From: Syntrophaceae bacterium
GTDB taxonomy: Bacteria; Desulfobacterota; Syntrophia; Syntrophales; UBA2185
DNA length: 64,000 nucleotides
Assembly: GCA_003142295.1 (NCBI GenBank)
Contig: PLLV01000135.1
Span: 3,795 to 67,794, forward strand
Direction of reading: 5' to 3'
Part shown: piece by piece, positions 37,489 to 48,304 of the stretch
Layout of the letters: every line of letters begins with the position of its first letter
Numbering within the stretch: the stretch's first letter is position 1
Made by a program: the position numbers and the translations under genes
The notes under the pieces: generated by a model
Database searches by the model: none
What the model was told of the DNA's origin: nothing
What the model saw: only the letters and a program-made list of their open reading frames with translations

Positions 37489-38829
37489 ATGAACCTGTTA
37501 ACCAGTCCGCTTCTTACTGATCTTTACCAGTTGACCATGATGCAGGGTTATGTGGATGAGGACATGTGCAAAGAGGCAGCCTTTGAGTTCTATGTACGGA
37601 GCCTGCCCCCGAGTCGCGGTTTCCTGGTAGCGGCCGGTCTTGAGACGCTGCTTGCTTTACTCGAAGGGATGCGATTCACTGAAGAGGAACTGAAATACAT
37701 TGCAGGTACGGGCAGGTTTTCCAAAGACCTACTGGATTATCTGGCTAAATTCCGCTTCAGCGGCGATGTGTATGCCATGCCGGAAGGAACAGTATTTTTC
37801 GAAAACGAGCCTGTTGTGCGTGTAGTCGCCCCCATGCCGGAGGCTCAACTAATTGAGACCCGCCTGATTAATATCCTGCATTTCGAGGTCCTCATTGCAA
37901 GCAAAGCGGCCCGTTGCATGCTGGCCGCAGATGACAGAGCCGTTCTGATTGATTTCGGGGTGCGGCGATCTCACGGAGCCGAGGCCGGGCTCCTGGCGGC
38001 CCGGGCCTCATATATAACTGGCTTTGCGGGCACATCAACTGTGCTGGCGGAGCCCATCTTCGGGATACCTATCTTCGGAACGATGGCACATTCCTATGTT
38101 GAGGCCCATGAGGACGAGTTGGAGGCGTTTCTCAGTTTTGCCCGCGCGAATCCGAATAATACAACCCTTCTTATCGATACGTACGATGTCCATAAAGGCG
38201 CAAGAAAGGCAGTTGAAGCGGCGAAAAGATTAAAGGAGACAGGAATAAATGTTCGTGCCGTGCGCCTTGATAGCGGCGACCTGCTGGTACTGTCGAAAGA
38301 TGTCCGCCAGATCCTCGATCAGGACGGTTTAAAAGATGTACGCATCTTCGCGAGCGGCAATCTCGATGAGTACGCGATCCGTGATCTACTGTCTCAAGGG
38401 GCGCCCATAGACGGCTTTGGCGTGGGTACAAAATTAGATACCTCGGAAGACGCGCCGTACCTGGAATGCGCTTACAAGCTGATGGAGTATGCCGGTACGC
38501 CGCGCTTCAAGAAGTCACAGGGGAAAGCCACCATCCCCGGACGCAAACAGGTCTTTCGCCAGTTTGAAGACAAAACGATGGTTGGGGATATCCTGACCGT
38601 CGAAGGGGATGAGATAGAAGGAGTGCCGCTCCTCGCTAAGGTGATGGAGGGCGGCAGGAGAATTGTCGGACGGCAGGATTTAAAAGAGATCGCAAAGTAT
38701 ACACGGTCGCAGGTGAAATCCCTTCCGGCTCATTTCCAGAGACTGGAGACGACACCGCTATATCCCGTCAAAGTCTCTCCCGCATTATCCAGACTTGGAC
38801 AGGAACTTGAGCGATGGCTGGGTTTGTAA
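37489..38829 (+). CDS. pncB: Nicotinate phosphoribosyltransferase
   Basis: 446 aa. LLTDLYQLTMMQGY, FGVRR..G and GTMAHSYV are typical NAPRTase motifs. Confidence 0.9.
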   Translation: MNLLTSPLLTDLYQLTMMQGYVDEDMCKEAAFEFYVRSLPPSRGFLVAAGLETLLALLEGMRFTEEELKYIAGTGRFSKDLLDYLAKFRFSGDVYAMPEGTVFFENEPVVRVVAPMPEAQLIETRLINILHFEVLIASKAARCMLAADDRAVLIDFGVRRSHGAEAGLLAARASYITGFAGTSTVLAEPIFGIPIFGTMAHSYVEAHEDELEAFLSFARANPNNTTLLIDTYDVHKGARKAVEAAKRLKETGINVRAVRLDSGDLLVLSKDVRQILDQDGLKDVRIFASGNLDEYAIRDLLSQGAPIDGFGVGTKLDTSEDAPYLECAYKLMEYAGTPRFKKSQGKATIPGRKQVFRQFEDKTMVGDILTVEGDEIEGVPLLAKVMEGGRRIVGRQDLKEIAKYTRSQVKSLPAHFQRLETTPLYPVKVSPALSRLGQELERWLGL

Positions 38830-38851
38830 ACCTTTCGTGATACGTTGTTTC

Positions 38852-38889
38852 TGTCATTCCGAGGAGCTCCGCGACGAGGAATCTTGAGC
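38852..38889. repeat. REP-like stem-loop (family 1 variant)
   Basis: tgtcattccgaggagctccgcgacgaggaatcttgagc, located between the convergent pncB and pyrG genes. Confidence 0.6.
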
Positions 38890-38936
38890 TTTATCCTCAG
38901 TCAAGATGACAAAAAAAGAAAGTTTCTAAAAGTTCT

Positions 38937-40544
38937 CTATTTTTTCAGATTTTGCTTTAGAGCTGCACCGATAAATTTGCCGAAGAGCGGATGGGGGCTC
39001 GTAGGGCGCGATTTAAATTCGGGGTGAAACTGGCATCCCAGGAACCACGGGTGGTCTTTGATCTCGACAATTTCGACAAGGCGGCGATCAGGCGATGTTC
39101 CCGTAATATGCAGCCCCTTTTCCACAAGGATATCCCTGAAATTGTTGTTCAGTTCATAGCGGTGCCTGTGTCTTTCACTGATTTCACTGACGCCGTAAGC
39201 ATCAAATGCGAAAGATCCGGCCTCTAAAAGGCAGGCGTAAGCACCGAGCCTCATGGTTGCGCCCATCTCCGTGATGCCTCTCTGCTCGGGTAGATAATCG
39301 ATCACCGGATACTCGGTTCCCTTGTCAAATTCGGAACTGTTCGCCCTTTCGAGTCTGCATACGTGCCGGGCGAATTCTACGACGGCGAGCTGCATTCCCA
39401 GGCAGATGCCGAAATACGGAATCTTGTTCTCACGGGCAAATTGAATGGCAGTGATCATCCCCTCAATGCCCCTCTCTCCGAATCCTCCGGGCACAAGGAC
39501 GCCATCAGCGCCGTCAAGATGGTTACCTATGCCTTCTTTTTCAATCTTTTCCGAATCGACAAAACGCAGGTTTACCCGGCAGTCGTTTGCGATACCCCCG
39601 TGCACTAACGCTTCATTGAGGCTCTTGTAGGAATCTGTCAAATTTACATATTTGCCCACTATGGCAATACACACTTCGTGGGGAGGATTCTTAATCTTGT
39701 CTGCCACATCTTCCCATGCCTCCAGATGAGGCCTGCCGGTCCAGATGTTTAAGAGGTCGACAATTTTATTGTCCACCCCCTCCTTGTGAAAAACGATTGG
39801 CACTTCATAGATGCACGTCACATCCTTTGCCGTAAATACGGATGAAACTTCCACATTACAAAAAAGAGCTATCTTGGCCTTGATGTCTTCCGAGAGGAAA
39901 TCTTCCGTACGGCATAACAGAATATCCGGTTGGATACCGATTTCACGGAGGGCCTTCACACTGTGCTGCGTCGGTTTTGTCTTAACCTCCCCGGCGGTCT
40001 TTATGAAGGGGACCCATGTCAGGTGTATAAATATGGCGTTTTGTTTTCCGGCCTCGTTACGGAATTGTCTGATAGCTTCCAGAAAGGGCAGACTCTCAAT
40101 GTCTCCCACGGTTCCACCGATCTCCACGATGGCAACGTCGAACCCGGCGGCGCAGCTCTTGATGTAATCCTTGATTTCATTGGTAACATGGGGAATAACC
40201 TGCACCGTCTTGCCCAGATATTCCCCTTTCCTTTCCTTTGAAATTACCGAAAAATATACCTGACCCGACGTGAGATTGTTGCACTTCGCCATGCGGGTCG
40301 AGGTAAATCGCTCATAGTGCCCTAGGTCAAGGTCTGTTTCCGCGCCATCGTCCGTCACAAAAACCTCGCCATGCTGGAATGGGCTGAGGGTGCCGGGATC
40401 GACGTTGATATATGGATCCAGCTTTTGATTGGTCACCCTGAGACCCCGGCATTCAAGAAGGGCTCCAATAGAAGCAGATGCCAAACCTTTGCCGAGGGAA
40501 GAGAGAACGCCGCCCGTCACAAAAATAAATTTTGTCTTCTTCAT
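38937..40544 (-). CDS. pyrG: CTP synthase
   Basis: 535 aa. [20 protein letters not shown], the GATase triad context GICLGMQ and the HPEF motif are present. Confidence 0.95.
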   Translation of the reverse strand: MKKTKFIFVTGGVLSSLGKGLASASIGALLECRGLRVTNQKLDPYINVDPGTLSPFQHGEVFVTDDGAETDLDLGHYERFTSTRMAKCNNLTSGQVYFSVISKERKGEYLGKTVQVIPHVTNEIKDYIKSCAAGFDVAIVEIGGTVGDIESLPFLEAIRQFRNEAGKQNAIFIHLTWVPFIKTAGEVKTKPTQHSVKALREIGIQPDILLCRTEDFLSEDIKAKIALFCNVEVSSVFTAKDVTCIYEVPIVFHKEGVDNKIVDLLNIWTGRPHLEAWEDVADKIKNPPHEVCIAIVGKYVNLTDSYKSLNEALVHGGIANDCRVNLRFVDSEKIEKEGIGNHLDGADGVLVPGGFGERGIEGMITAIQFARENKIPYFGICLGMQLAVVEFARHVCRLERANSSEFDKGTEYPVIDYLPEQRGITEMGATMRLGAYACLLEAGSFAFDAYGVSEISERHRHRYELNNNFRDILVEKGLHITGTSPDRRLVEIVEIKDHPWFLGCQFHPEFKSRPTSPHPLFGKFIGAALKQNLKK

Positions 40545-40559
40545 GATTGCTCCTGAAAT

Positions 40560-43500
40560 TTATTTGGCCTGAGAGTTGCCGCCGTTCCCTGCCAGCGATT
40601 TTCTTATCTGACCCGCAATAACCTCCACCGTTTCGCCGAGGAGAACACCTGCGGATATATTTTCCAGATAGCGGTCATCCCACGGTAGATTATATTCGTT
40701 AACGAGATTGAGGATGTCGTTAAATTTGTAGCCTAAGACCTCTTTCTTTCCTTTCACGGAGAGTGATTCGTTAAATTCCACGTGGATCAAAAGCAAGCTC
40801 CCTACGCCTCCCCCGTCCCCGAGAAGGGGAATAACGACGATGGAAGCACCATCGGATTTTCCGCGGCCAATGTAGACTTGGCCGGTACTTACTATCGTCC
40901 TTTTGGTCCCCATGAGATTACTCGAACCTTCCGTCCTCGATTTCATCGTGAGTGAGATGCCCCCTCTGTCTTTTACAGTTATCGTCGATGTATCCACGGG
41001 ATTTCCTTCAGCGTCCAGATTATTAATACCATAGAGGGTATAGCCGTTCAACGTGGCAATGGCCGGCTGAATCCTTGCGATGGTCAATACATTCTTGGTG
41101 ACCATGGATTTGATCGAAAATTCGAGTTGTCGTAATATGTCAAAAATAATACCTCTGAGAAGCTGTTCCTTCCTGCTTGTTCCGACCGTCACTGTTTTCG
41201 CCTGATGTCTGATGGCGTCTATCGGTCTGGAAAGCTCATCTATCGAGTGGCCGAGAGAGATGTCAAGCATCTCGACCGGGGATGGCAGCCCCTCCTCACT
41301 CTTGAAATCGCTCCAGTAGTCTTCAAGGGGCAGTTTTCCGGCTGCATATTTAAGAAGAAGAACTATATCGGATATGGTATTCACATTAGTGAATGAAAAG
41401 GCGCCATCCGTTCTTTTTTGATTGAATTCAGTCGAGAAATCCCTGACCAGCTTCCGGTAATTTCTGTCGGCCAGCCTCTCGTAAATGGAATAATTTCTTT
41501 TCTCATGTTCCGCCATTATATGATCGAGATGACTCCTGAATTCCCGCAGAAAGATGGCATCTTCGTTAATGCTGCAGGCAGCATAATAACCCCATAGATG
41601 TCCGGCCAGGGTATTCAGGATTACAGGCATGGGCATTGCTGCCCTGGGTACCTCAACAACGGCATCGGCAACGCCGTCGAACCGGCCTTCACCTTCATCT
41701 GCAAAAACAACAACACCCGCCCTGTGCGCCTTGAAGATGGCTACATCTTTGATGATGTCTCCCGTCACAGTTTCCGGGCTGCCGGCTGCACAGACTATGA
41801 TGAGGGGTTCGGCAGACAGGTCAATATGCTTCTTATTTTCTATAAAATCTGACGATATCGTTTTATAACACAGCTCGCTCAGTTTTATCCTGATCTCATC
41901 TGCAGCCGCCTTATTAGGCCCGTCTCCCACGACGGCCCAGTACCTTCTCTTTTTTGCCAGTTGTTCGACTGATTGCTTGATTTGCCCTGTCTTCTCTATC
42001 ACCCTGTTCATCATGTTAGGCGCCTGTTCGAGGTTGTGAAGCTCATCTGCAATAAAGTCGTCGGAGACATTCTTCAGAAGCTGGGCAAGACAGAGTGCAA
42101 GGACATGACCCGCCACAACCTGGGAGTAAAATGCCTTGGTTGAAGCCACAGACATTTCTATGTCCCTGCCGTCGCTCGTATAAAAAACTCCGTTTGCCTT
42201 GGTGGTTATGTCAGATTGCCTCCTGTTGACAATGGCGATTACTGTCGCCCCCCGTTCCACAGCCATAGCTACGGCACGGTTGGTGTCTGTCGTCGTGCCC
42301 GACTGCGTGATGGGGATTACCAGCGTATCTTTCAGGTCATCCTCCAGGAAAAAGCCGCTCAATTCCGATGCGACCTTGGCGTCAATTTTGATGTGAGTGC
42401 CTTTCAGATATCTGTCCAGTCCGTCGGCAACAGCCTCTCCGGCAACGGCGGCAGTACCGTGACCGATTACGATAATTCTCTTGATCTCACCACCGGTGAG
42501 GGCCTGTCTCCACTTTTCCGGTATGATGTCCCGGCCAAGATTGAAGGTAACTGAATATCTTCCGTTTTCTTTTTTTGAGATTCTATATTTGCCGCGCAGG
42601 GTTTTTCTTACGGAGAGAGCTGCTTCAGATATTTCTTTTAGAAAATAGTGTGGGAAATTACCCCGATCTATATCGCGGGTGGTAATTTCTGCCTTCTGCA
42701 CGGAATCGTCTCCGATGCTGAAAGAAGTCCCGTCGTAAAAAAGCGCTCTGATCCCCGAAAGACCCCCTTGAGAGTTCTGCTCAAGGACAAATATCTGGCC
42801 TGACGCTTCAGGATCATCGGCTGAGGAAGGTCTTTCGCCGTCCATCTTCAGGAAAAAAGGAGTGCCCTCCACGAGGCCATAAAGTTCCGATGAAAATATA
42901 TACTCCTCAGGGGCAAGGCCTACATAAATGGATTGCCCGCTGCCCTTGAGGGCAAGAAACACCTTTCCCGGCTCCGTATTGCTGGTCATGGCAATGGCAT
43001 GGGAGCCTTCAAAGTCGTTTACAGCCAATCTGAACGCCTCAGCCAGATCATGCCCGGCAAGCAGATACTTTTCAATTTGTAGGGGGATGATCTTCGTGTC
43101 AGTCGTAATATGTGGAGCAATAAGGTCTTCTCCCTCTTCAATTGCATTTCGGAGGGATTGATAGTTGTCTATATCTCCGTTAAGGATAACGTTAATGAAC
43201 CAGCTTCCCTCGCCATAGAAAGGGTAGTTTTTCACGATCTCCGGCCATGCAGCATCTTCATGGCCGCTGTTTCTGTTCATGGTAAAGTTATTAATCGGAT
43301 GGCAGTTTTCTTCCGTAATGGAACCCACTGATGCCCATCTTGTGTGGGATATTGACGTCTCAAATTCTGTCTCCTGCCTGGATAATTCATAGAATACCTT
43401 GTCGTGGGAGATGAATTTTCTCAGATCCCTGACATTTTGACCGAGCTCGCCGATGATGGATGATGTCTTGTACACGAATGCGAGATCAATCCCTTTGCCC

Positions 43501-44468
43501 AGCGTACGATTCATGGATGGGATCGCGTGAGAGAGACAGATTGAACCATTGATAAGGTCGCCTGCGCGGATTCTCGCGGAATAATCATCATACAGGCCTT
43601 TCTCTTTGAGCACTTTCAGGATATTCTCAAATGAGGCCGTGTCATGGAGCCTGAAGGATATCTGCATCCCCGCCGAATCTCTTCCCCGTACCTCCAACCT
43701 GTCGAGGCAGTTCAGAAGAAAATTTATTTTCTTATATTTTATAAATGATTCGGGAGATATTTCTTTGACGCTGCCCGCTCCCGAGAGCCCCCTGATTTTT
43801 TCTATATTCTCGAGTACATCTTTCTCGAGACCCCAGATAATATCCTTCATCAGGATATGTCTGCTGTTTATCGTTTCCGTCTCCTCTGTCGGAAAGTTGC
43901 CGGCGTTTTCTTCAAGGCATTTTTCTTCGTTCAGGAAAAATGCCTTCATCTCTTCCGTAAGGTCTGAAAGTTGTTCGGCCGTGAGGGGCTTGAAATAGAT
44001 TTCCTGAAATGCGACGTCTGTCTTTAACTGGAAAAGCGTTTTTTCCATTTCCTGCAGATATCGGCCGCCCCCCAGATATTGGCCAGGTGTTACAGAACCG
44101 GCAAGCAGCGCCTTCATGTTATTTTTCCCGACGTCCCGGAAGAGCTGGGTAAGCTTCTTTATGAGATTGCCTTCTTCACGTTTGCCAACCCCTTTAATTG
44201 CCAGGATGCCGGCGAACCCGCAGCAGACGACATCACGAATTAGCGGGAAGAAGACTATCGAGTATTCGGGAACCGCGTATACATTAACGCCAACATGGAT
44301 CTTCCATTTCTTCAGATAGCTGATTATTTCAGCGTACCATTGTCTTAATATCTGCATATAATAATTATCAAAGTCCCGATCTCGTTTAATTGATGGCGTC
44401 AGGAATTGCAGGATGGCAAATGGATTAATGCTGCATGGATGACGTGATCTACAATGTTCTTTAGCCAT
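40560..44468 (-). CDS. Giant GlmS-like protein: class-II (Ntn) glutamine amidotransferase + two SIS domains + extra N- and C-terminal regions
   Basis: 1302-aa ORF. CGFAGILAIKG and RGRDSAGMQISF resemble the GlmS Cys1 and RGYDSAG motifs. The SIS-type segments are VIGHGTAAVAGE and ITQSGTTTDT. About 300 C-terminal residues have no motif. The likely true start is the ATG at 44357, because the ORF otherwise overlaps the upstream gene by 70 nt. Confidence 0.75.
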   Translation of the reverse strand: MAKEHCRSRHPCSINPFAILQFLTPSIKRDRDFDNYYMQILRQWYAEIISYLKKWKIHVGVNVYAVPEYSIVFFPLIRDVVCCGFAGILAIKGVGKREEGNLIKKLTQLFRDVGKNNMKALLAGSVTPGQYLGGGRYLQEMEKTLFQLKTDVAFQEIYFKPLTAEQLSDLTEEMKAFFLNEEKCLEENAGNFPTEETETINSRHILMKDIIWGLEKDVLENIEKIRGLSGAGSVKEISPESFIKYKKINFLLNCLDRLEVRGRDSAGMQISFRLHDTASFENILKVLKEKGLYDDYSARIRAGDLINGSICLSHAIPSMNRTLGKGIDLAFVYKTSSIIGELGQNVRDLRKFISHDKVFYELSRQETEFETSISHTRWASVGSITEENCHPINNFTMNRNSGHEDAAWPEIVKNYPFYGEGSWFINVILNGDIDNYQSLRNAIEEGEDLIAPHITTDTKIIPLQIEKYLLAGHDLAEAFRLAVNDFEGSHAIAMTSNTEPGKVFLALKGSGQSIYVGLAPEEYIFSSELYGLVEGTPFFLKMDGERPSSADDPEASGQIFVLEQNSQGGLSGIRALFYDGTSFSIGDDSVQKAEITTRDIDRGNFPHYFLKEISEAALSVRKTLRGKYRISKKENGRYSVTFNLGRDIIPEKWRQALTGGEIKRIIVIGHGTAAVAGEAVADGLDRYLKGTHIKIDAKVASELSGFFLEDDLKDTLVIPITQSGTTTDTNRAVAMAVERGATVIAIVNRRQSDITTKANGVFYTSDGRDIEMSVASTKAFYSQVVAGHVLALCLAQLLKNVSDDFIADELHNLEQAPNMMNRVIEKTGQIKQSVEQLAKKRRYWAVVGDGPNKAAADEIRIKLSELCYKTISSDFIENKKHIDLSAEPLIIVCAAGSPETVTGDIIKDVAIFKAHRAGVVVFADEGEGRFDGVADAVVEVPRAAMPMPVILNTLAGHLWGYYAACSINEDAIFLREFRSHLDHIMAEHEKRNYSIYERLADRNYRKLVRDFSTEFNQKRTDGAFSFTNVNTISDIVLLLKYAAGKLPLEDYWSDFKSEEGLPSPVEMLDISLGHSIDELSRPIDAIRHQAKTVTVGTSRKEQLLRGIIFDILRQLEFSIKSMVTKNVLTIARIQPAIATLNGYTLYGINNLDAEGNPVDTSTITVKDRGGISLTMKSRTEGSSNLMGTKRTIVSTGQVYIGRGKSDGASIVVIPLLGDGGGVGSLLLIHVEFNESLSVKGKKEVLGYKFNDILNLVNEYNLPWDDRYLENISAGVLLGETVEVIAGQIRKSLAGNGGNSQAK

Positions 44469-45616
44469 GCCGTTCCCATGATTGACGCATCTCTATCCAG
44501 GCCCTGAATGACTCTTATGTAATCGCTTTCATTTTTCATTCTGTTATGAATGACTTTGATGAATGAGTCCCGGTTCTTCAGATCAGAAGATACTTCTTTT
44601 CCGGCGCTGAAAGTCTCCTCAAGCCTCGGCCAATTTTCGCTCAATTCCTTTTTCTGTTTGAGAAGCCCTTCATGTGTGCTTTTTTTCACGGCATCCCTGC
44701 CCAGCTCTATCGATGTTTCCATTTTTTCAGACAGGTCTTTGAATCGCTTCAATCTTTCATCAATGGCAATTTCAAGTTTGTCCATGGCCCCGGCATACAG
44801 CTCCCCGCCCATATGCTCCTGTTGAAAAAAAGGTTGCCGGACGTGGACATACCACTGTCTTAAGGCTAAGAGGTTGGCGATGTAGCAGATGTTATTATAG
44901 ACGCGATGCTTGATATTTCTGTAAAAACCCACGCGAAAGGATTTGTCTTCGATGGAGATGTCACTTTCCGTTATTAATCTATTTCCTTCAGGATAATCCC
45001 TCCTGCAAACTACTCCCGCCGCGATCACGCTGCCATAACCGATTCTGACAGGACCGACCAGACCTCCCTGACCCCCCAAGAAAATGGGCGGTTGGTTCAA
45101 CATGACGCCTCTGGGTACGTCGCCGATGAGTGAAGGTGTGGCCTTATCCTGATTGGGTGTGTAATTGAAATGTATATAGGAGCTTCCGACTTCGCTGTGA
45201 TTTTTCCGGCTTGTTCCGCCTGCCATGAAACAGTCACAAAAGTTGATGAGGCTGCCCAGGGTTACAAACGGGAAAAGTATGGTCTGCTTTAATCCGACTG
45301 CATGATTCGCATTAGCCTCTTCTTCTAAAATACATCCTTCACGGACCTGCGCGCCGCATGCCACGGCTGCCTTTCCCAGAAAGACAGATGATTTGAAAAA
45401 TCCCCCTCTCAGCTCGACGTGCGGTCCGGTTTGACAATCGACGATGGTTGCCGGCGCTTCATATCCCAGCTTGGTTCCCCGAGAAATCAGGGTTTTTGAC
45501 CCATATATCCTTGTTCCGGGATATATTACTACACCGTCGCCGGAAATCCTCTCCAGAACTATTTCTTCCCCGACATCTATAGAAAAGGGGCTCGGTATAT
45601 GGACCCCCTTTTCCAT
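44399..45616 (-). CDS. Left-handed beta-helix (hexapeptide-repeat) protein with a helical C-terminal domain
   Basis: Hexapeptide-like repeats run through GTRIYGSKTLISRGTKLG...GAQVREGCILEEEANANHAVGLKQTILFP...GGQGGLVGPVRIGYGSVIAAGVV. The start was moved to the ATG at 45616 (MEKGVHIP), 25 nt after the Fis-like stop. Confidence 0.65.
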   Translation of the reverse strand: MEKGVHIPSPFSIDVGEEIVLERISGDGVVIYPGTRIYGSKTLISRGTKLGYEAPATIVDCQTGPHVELRGGFFKSSVFLGKAAVACGAQVREGCILEEEANANHAVGLKQTILFPFVTLGSLINFCDCFMAGGTSRKNHSEVGSSYIHFNYTPNQDKATPSLIGDVPRGVMLNQPPIFLGGQGGLVGPVRIGYGSVIAAGVVCRRDYPEGNRLITESDISIEDKSFRVGFYRNIKHRVYNNICYIANLLALRQWYVHVRQPFFQQEHMGGELYAGAMDKLEIAIDERLKRFKDLSEKMETSIELGRDAVKKSTHEGLLKQKKELSENWPRLEETFSAGKEVSSDLKNRDSFIKVIHNRMKNESDYIRVIQGLDRDASIMGTAWLKNIVDHVIHAALIHLPSCNS

Positions 45617-45641
45617 CAATTTAACTATGTTATGTGACAGG

Positions 45642-45956
45642 CTAACTTTTATTTTCACGACTGATGCCCAGCTTGGCCATTTTTTTCTGGAATGTGTTTC
45701 TGTTGATTCCAAGGTAATTGGCTGCAGCACTCTTGACATGACCGTTCCGCTTGAGGGCAATTTTGAAAAGACATCTTTCAACCATGATTAAAACTTCTTC
45801 ATGCAATCTGCTTTTCCTTTTTTTCCCGTCACCGACTGAACAGAGGACTGTAGAAATGTCTTCAAGCTTTTTTTCCATATTCTCTTCAATAAGCGAATAT
45901 GGCTTTGCCTGAACATTTTGATCGACAGCTACAGATTTTGTTTTCTTGCGTTTCAT
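45642..45956 (-). CDS. Fis-family DNA-binding protein
   Basis: 104 aa with a C-terminal HTH_8 motif, ALKRNGHVKSAAANYLGINRNTFQKKMAKLGI. Confidence 0.8.
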   Translation of the reverse strand: MKRKKTKSVAVDQNVQAKPYSLIEENMEKKLEDISTVLCSVGDGKKRKSRLHEEVLIMVERCLFKIALKRNGHVKSAAANYLGINRNTFQKKMAKLGISRENKS

Positions 45957-46048
45957 AATAACGACGCGCCCTTTCTCCCATGCTTTTGTCGTGAAGAAAG
46001 TCTGATGACTCTTAACCTAGCTTATAACTTTTTACAAGATCAGAAAAT

Positions 46049-46567
46049 TTACGAGGTAAACAGTTTTATTATTATGATCCCTGCAAGAACCATAGCCGTA
46101 AACCATGTCATAATGATATCCGACCTATTCTTTGCAGGATGTTCAATCTGTCTCCTGACTTCTTCTTCCACTTTTTCATTGTCCATGTGAGCGACAACAT
46201 CACTGACGAGAGTGGAAAACTTTTCATATGTATTGGATAGAATATAAAATCCCTTCACTGTAGTCAACAGGAGATATACCCTTTTTCTGAGGATCAGAGC
46301 GCCAAGATGAGTGATATCCTCCCAGCGGAGTTCTTTTTTCCGCATGAATTTCCTGATCATGATGCCCTGGTCTCCCGTTTGGACCATGCGAAATGAAGAT
46401 TCGAAGAGAACATAAAGAACGGGTATGAAAATCGCAGTAAGTAATATTCTTTCTAATTTCGACCCCACCAGGAAGTACGACAGCAGGAGAAGGAAGAAGA
46501 GGAGAATAAAATCAGCGAAAAAGGGAAATAAAAACGATCTTCTTATTCTGTAGACGTTTTGATACAT
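46049..46567 (-). CDS. Hypothetical membrane protein (possible bacterial PH-domain protein)
   Basis: 172 aa with two N-terminal TM helices, a soluble domain and a C-terminal TM helix. Confidence 0.5.
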   Translation of the reverse strand: MYQNVYRIRRSFLFPFFADFILLFFLLLLSYFLVGSKLERILLTAIFIPVLYVLFESSFRMVQTGDQGIMIRKFMRKKELRWEDITHLGALILRKRVYLLLTTVKGFYILSNTYEKFSTLVSDVVAHMDNEKVEEEVRRQIEHPAKNRSDIIMTWFTAMVLAGIIIIKLFTS

Positions 46568-46601
46568 AGCTTCTATGGGTAGATAGATGCGGATCTCTCA
46601 T

Positions 46602-47081
46602 TTACGCATCTCTAATGAAGAGACCGCTTTTGCCACCATGTTTTGTGATTAATTTGATGTCCGAAAGGACTATGTTTTTATCGGCAGATTTGCACATATC
46701 GTAAATTGTGAGAGCCGCAACGCTGACGGCGGTCATGGCCTCCATCTCCACCCCTGTTCTACCCACAGTCTGCACTGTCGCTTCAATGGTGATTTCACCC
46801 AGATCCGCATCTTTCGTAAACCTTATGTCAATACCTGTCAATTCCAAGGGGTGACACATAGGGATCATTTCGCTTGTTTTCTTAGCTGCCATGATCCCCG
46901 CAATCTTGGCTACAACAAAGACATCTCCCTTGGGTATCTCTCCCCTTTCGATGAGACTCAGTGTCTTTTTCTTCATGAGGACTTTCCCCCGGGCAACGGC
47001 CTTTCGTACGGACCGTTCCTTTGCCGTCACATCAATCATCCTGGCCTTGCCTTTTTCATCGAAGTGGGAGAACTTAGTCAT
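46602..47081 (-). CDS. moaC: Cyclic pyranopterin monophosphate synthase MoaC
   Basis: SHFDEKGKARMIDV..K..T.R.A.A, IPMCHPL and GVEMEAMTA are MoaC hallmarks. The start is taken at the ATG at 47081. Confidence 0.9.
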   Translation of the reverse strand: MTKFSHFDEKGKARMIDVTAKERSVRKAVARGKVLMKKKTLSLIERGEIPKGDVFVVAKIAGIMAAKKTSEMIPMCHPLELTGIDIRFTKDADLGEITIEATVQTVGRTGVEMEAMTAVSVAALTIYDMCKSADKNIVLSDIKLITKHGGKSGLFIRDA

Positions 47082-47248
47082 ACTGATTTTCTGAACCTCG
47101 TTGCGAGAAGTTGTACCGAAATTAGCATAGCCCCTTTGCCCAGTCAAGAGAGTTAAAAAAATACTTTTCTGAAAGAAATGTCTTGCCATGAAATAACTTA
47201 TTTAATAGTATTTTCGCCCACTCTTGAGAAAATTTCGGGGAGCACGAA

Positions 47249-48304
47249 TTGATTGTAAAGGTCAACAGCAGCGCCGTTGTCGGTGTAGATTCGTATCCAG
47301 TCGATGTGGAAGTAGATATATCACCGGGACTTCCTCAATTTTTAACGGTGGGACTTCCTGATGTCGCAGTCAAGGAAAGCAAAGACAGAATCAAGGCAGC
47401 CATAAAAAATTCCGGCTACAAATTCCCCAAGAACCACGTTACCGTAAATCTCGCACCTGCCGACATTAAAAAAGAAGGAACCGGTTTCGATCTTCCCATT
47501 GCAGTAGGCATTTTGACAGGCGAAGGCTGTATTGAGTTAAAGGACACCCTCGATTACATGCTCATCGGAGAACTGTCCTTGGACGGAAGCATCAAGGGGG
47601 TTGATGGAGTCCTTTCCGCGGCCCTTCTGGCAAAGGAAATGGGGAAGAGGGGCATCATCGTGGCAAGGGAAAACGCCAACGAAGCCGCCATGGTGGAAGC
47701 TGTCGAAGTGATTCCTGTTGATACCCTTTCCGACGTCGTTGAATTTCTTAACGGCAGGAAGAAAATAATACCGCTAACGCTTGATATAGCTGATCTATTC
47801 AATAAGAGCTGCAATTATCCCTTCGATTTCAGCGAGATCCGCGGTCAGGAGCACGCAAAAAGGGCATTGGAAGTTGCCGCAGCGGGGGGTCATAATATAA
47901 TAATGATAGGTCCGCCGGGTTCAGGAAAGACGATGCTGGCACAGAGGCTCCCTACCATACTTCCCGGCCTTACTTTTCCTGAGGCAATTGATATTACGAA
48001 GATATTTTCTGTGACGGGACTGCTCAACAAGAGAGAGACTATTTTAGGGACAAGACCGTTTCGAGCTCCCCACCATACAATTTCAGATGCCGGACTCGTG
48101 GGGGGAGGACACACTCCCAGACCGGGAGAGATCAGCCTCGCCCATCACGGCGTCTTGTTCCTCGATGAGCTGCCGGAATTCAAGAGAAATGTCCTTGAGG
48201 CATTGAGACAACCTTTGGAGGATGGACATGTCACGATCACGAGGTCTTCCATTACTGCCACATATCCGGCAAGATTTATGCTTGTGGCGGCCATGAACCC
48301 CTGA
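47249..48304 (+). pseudogene. comM: comM/yifB (Mg-chelatase-like AAA+ competence protein), 3'-truncated by insertion
   Basis: 351 aa with a Lon-protease-like N-domain ([18 protein letters not shown]) and AAA+ Walker [10 protein letters not shown]. It ends at ...[13 protein letters not shown], whereas the family normally continues CPCG... for about 150 more residues. Confidence 0.75.
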
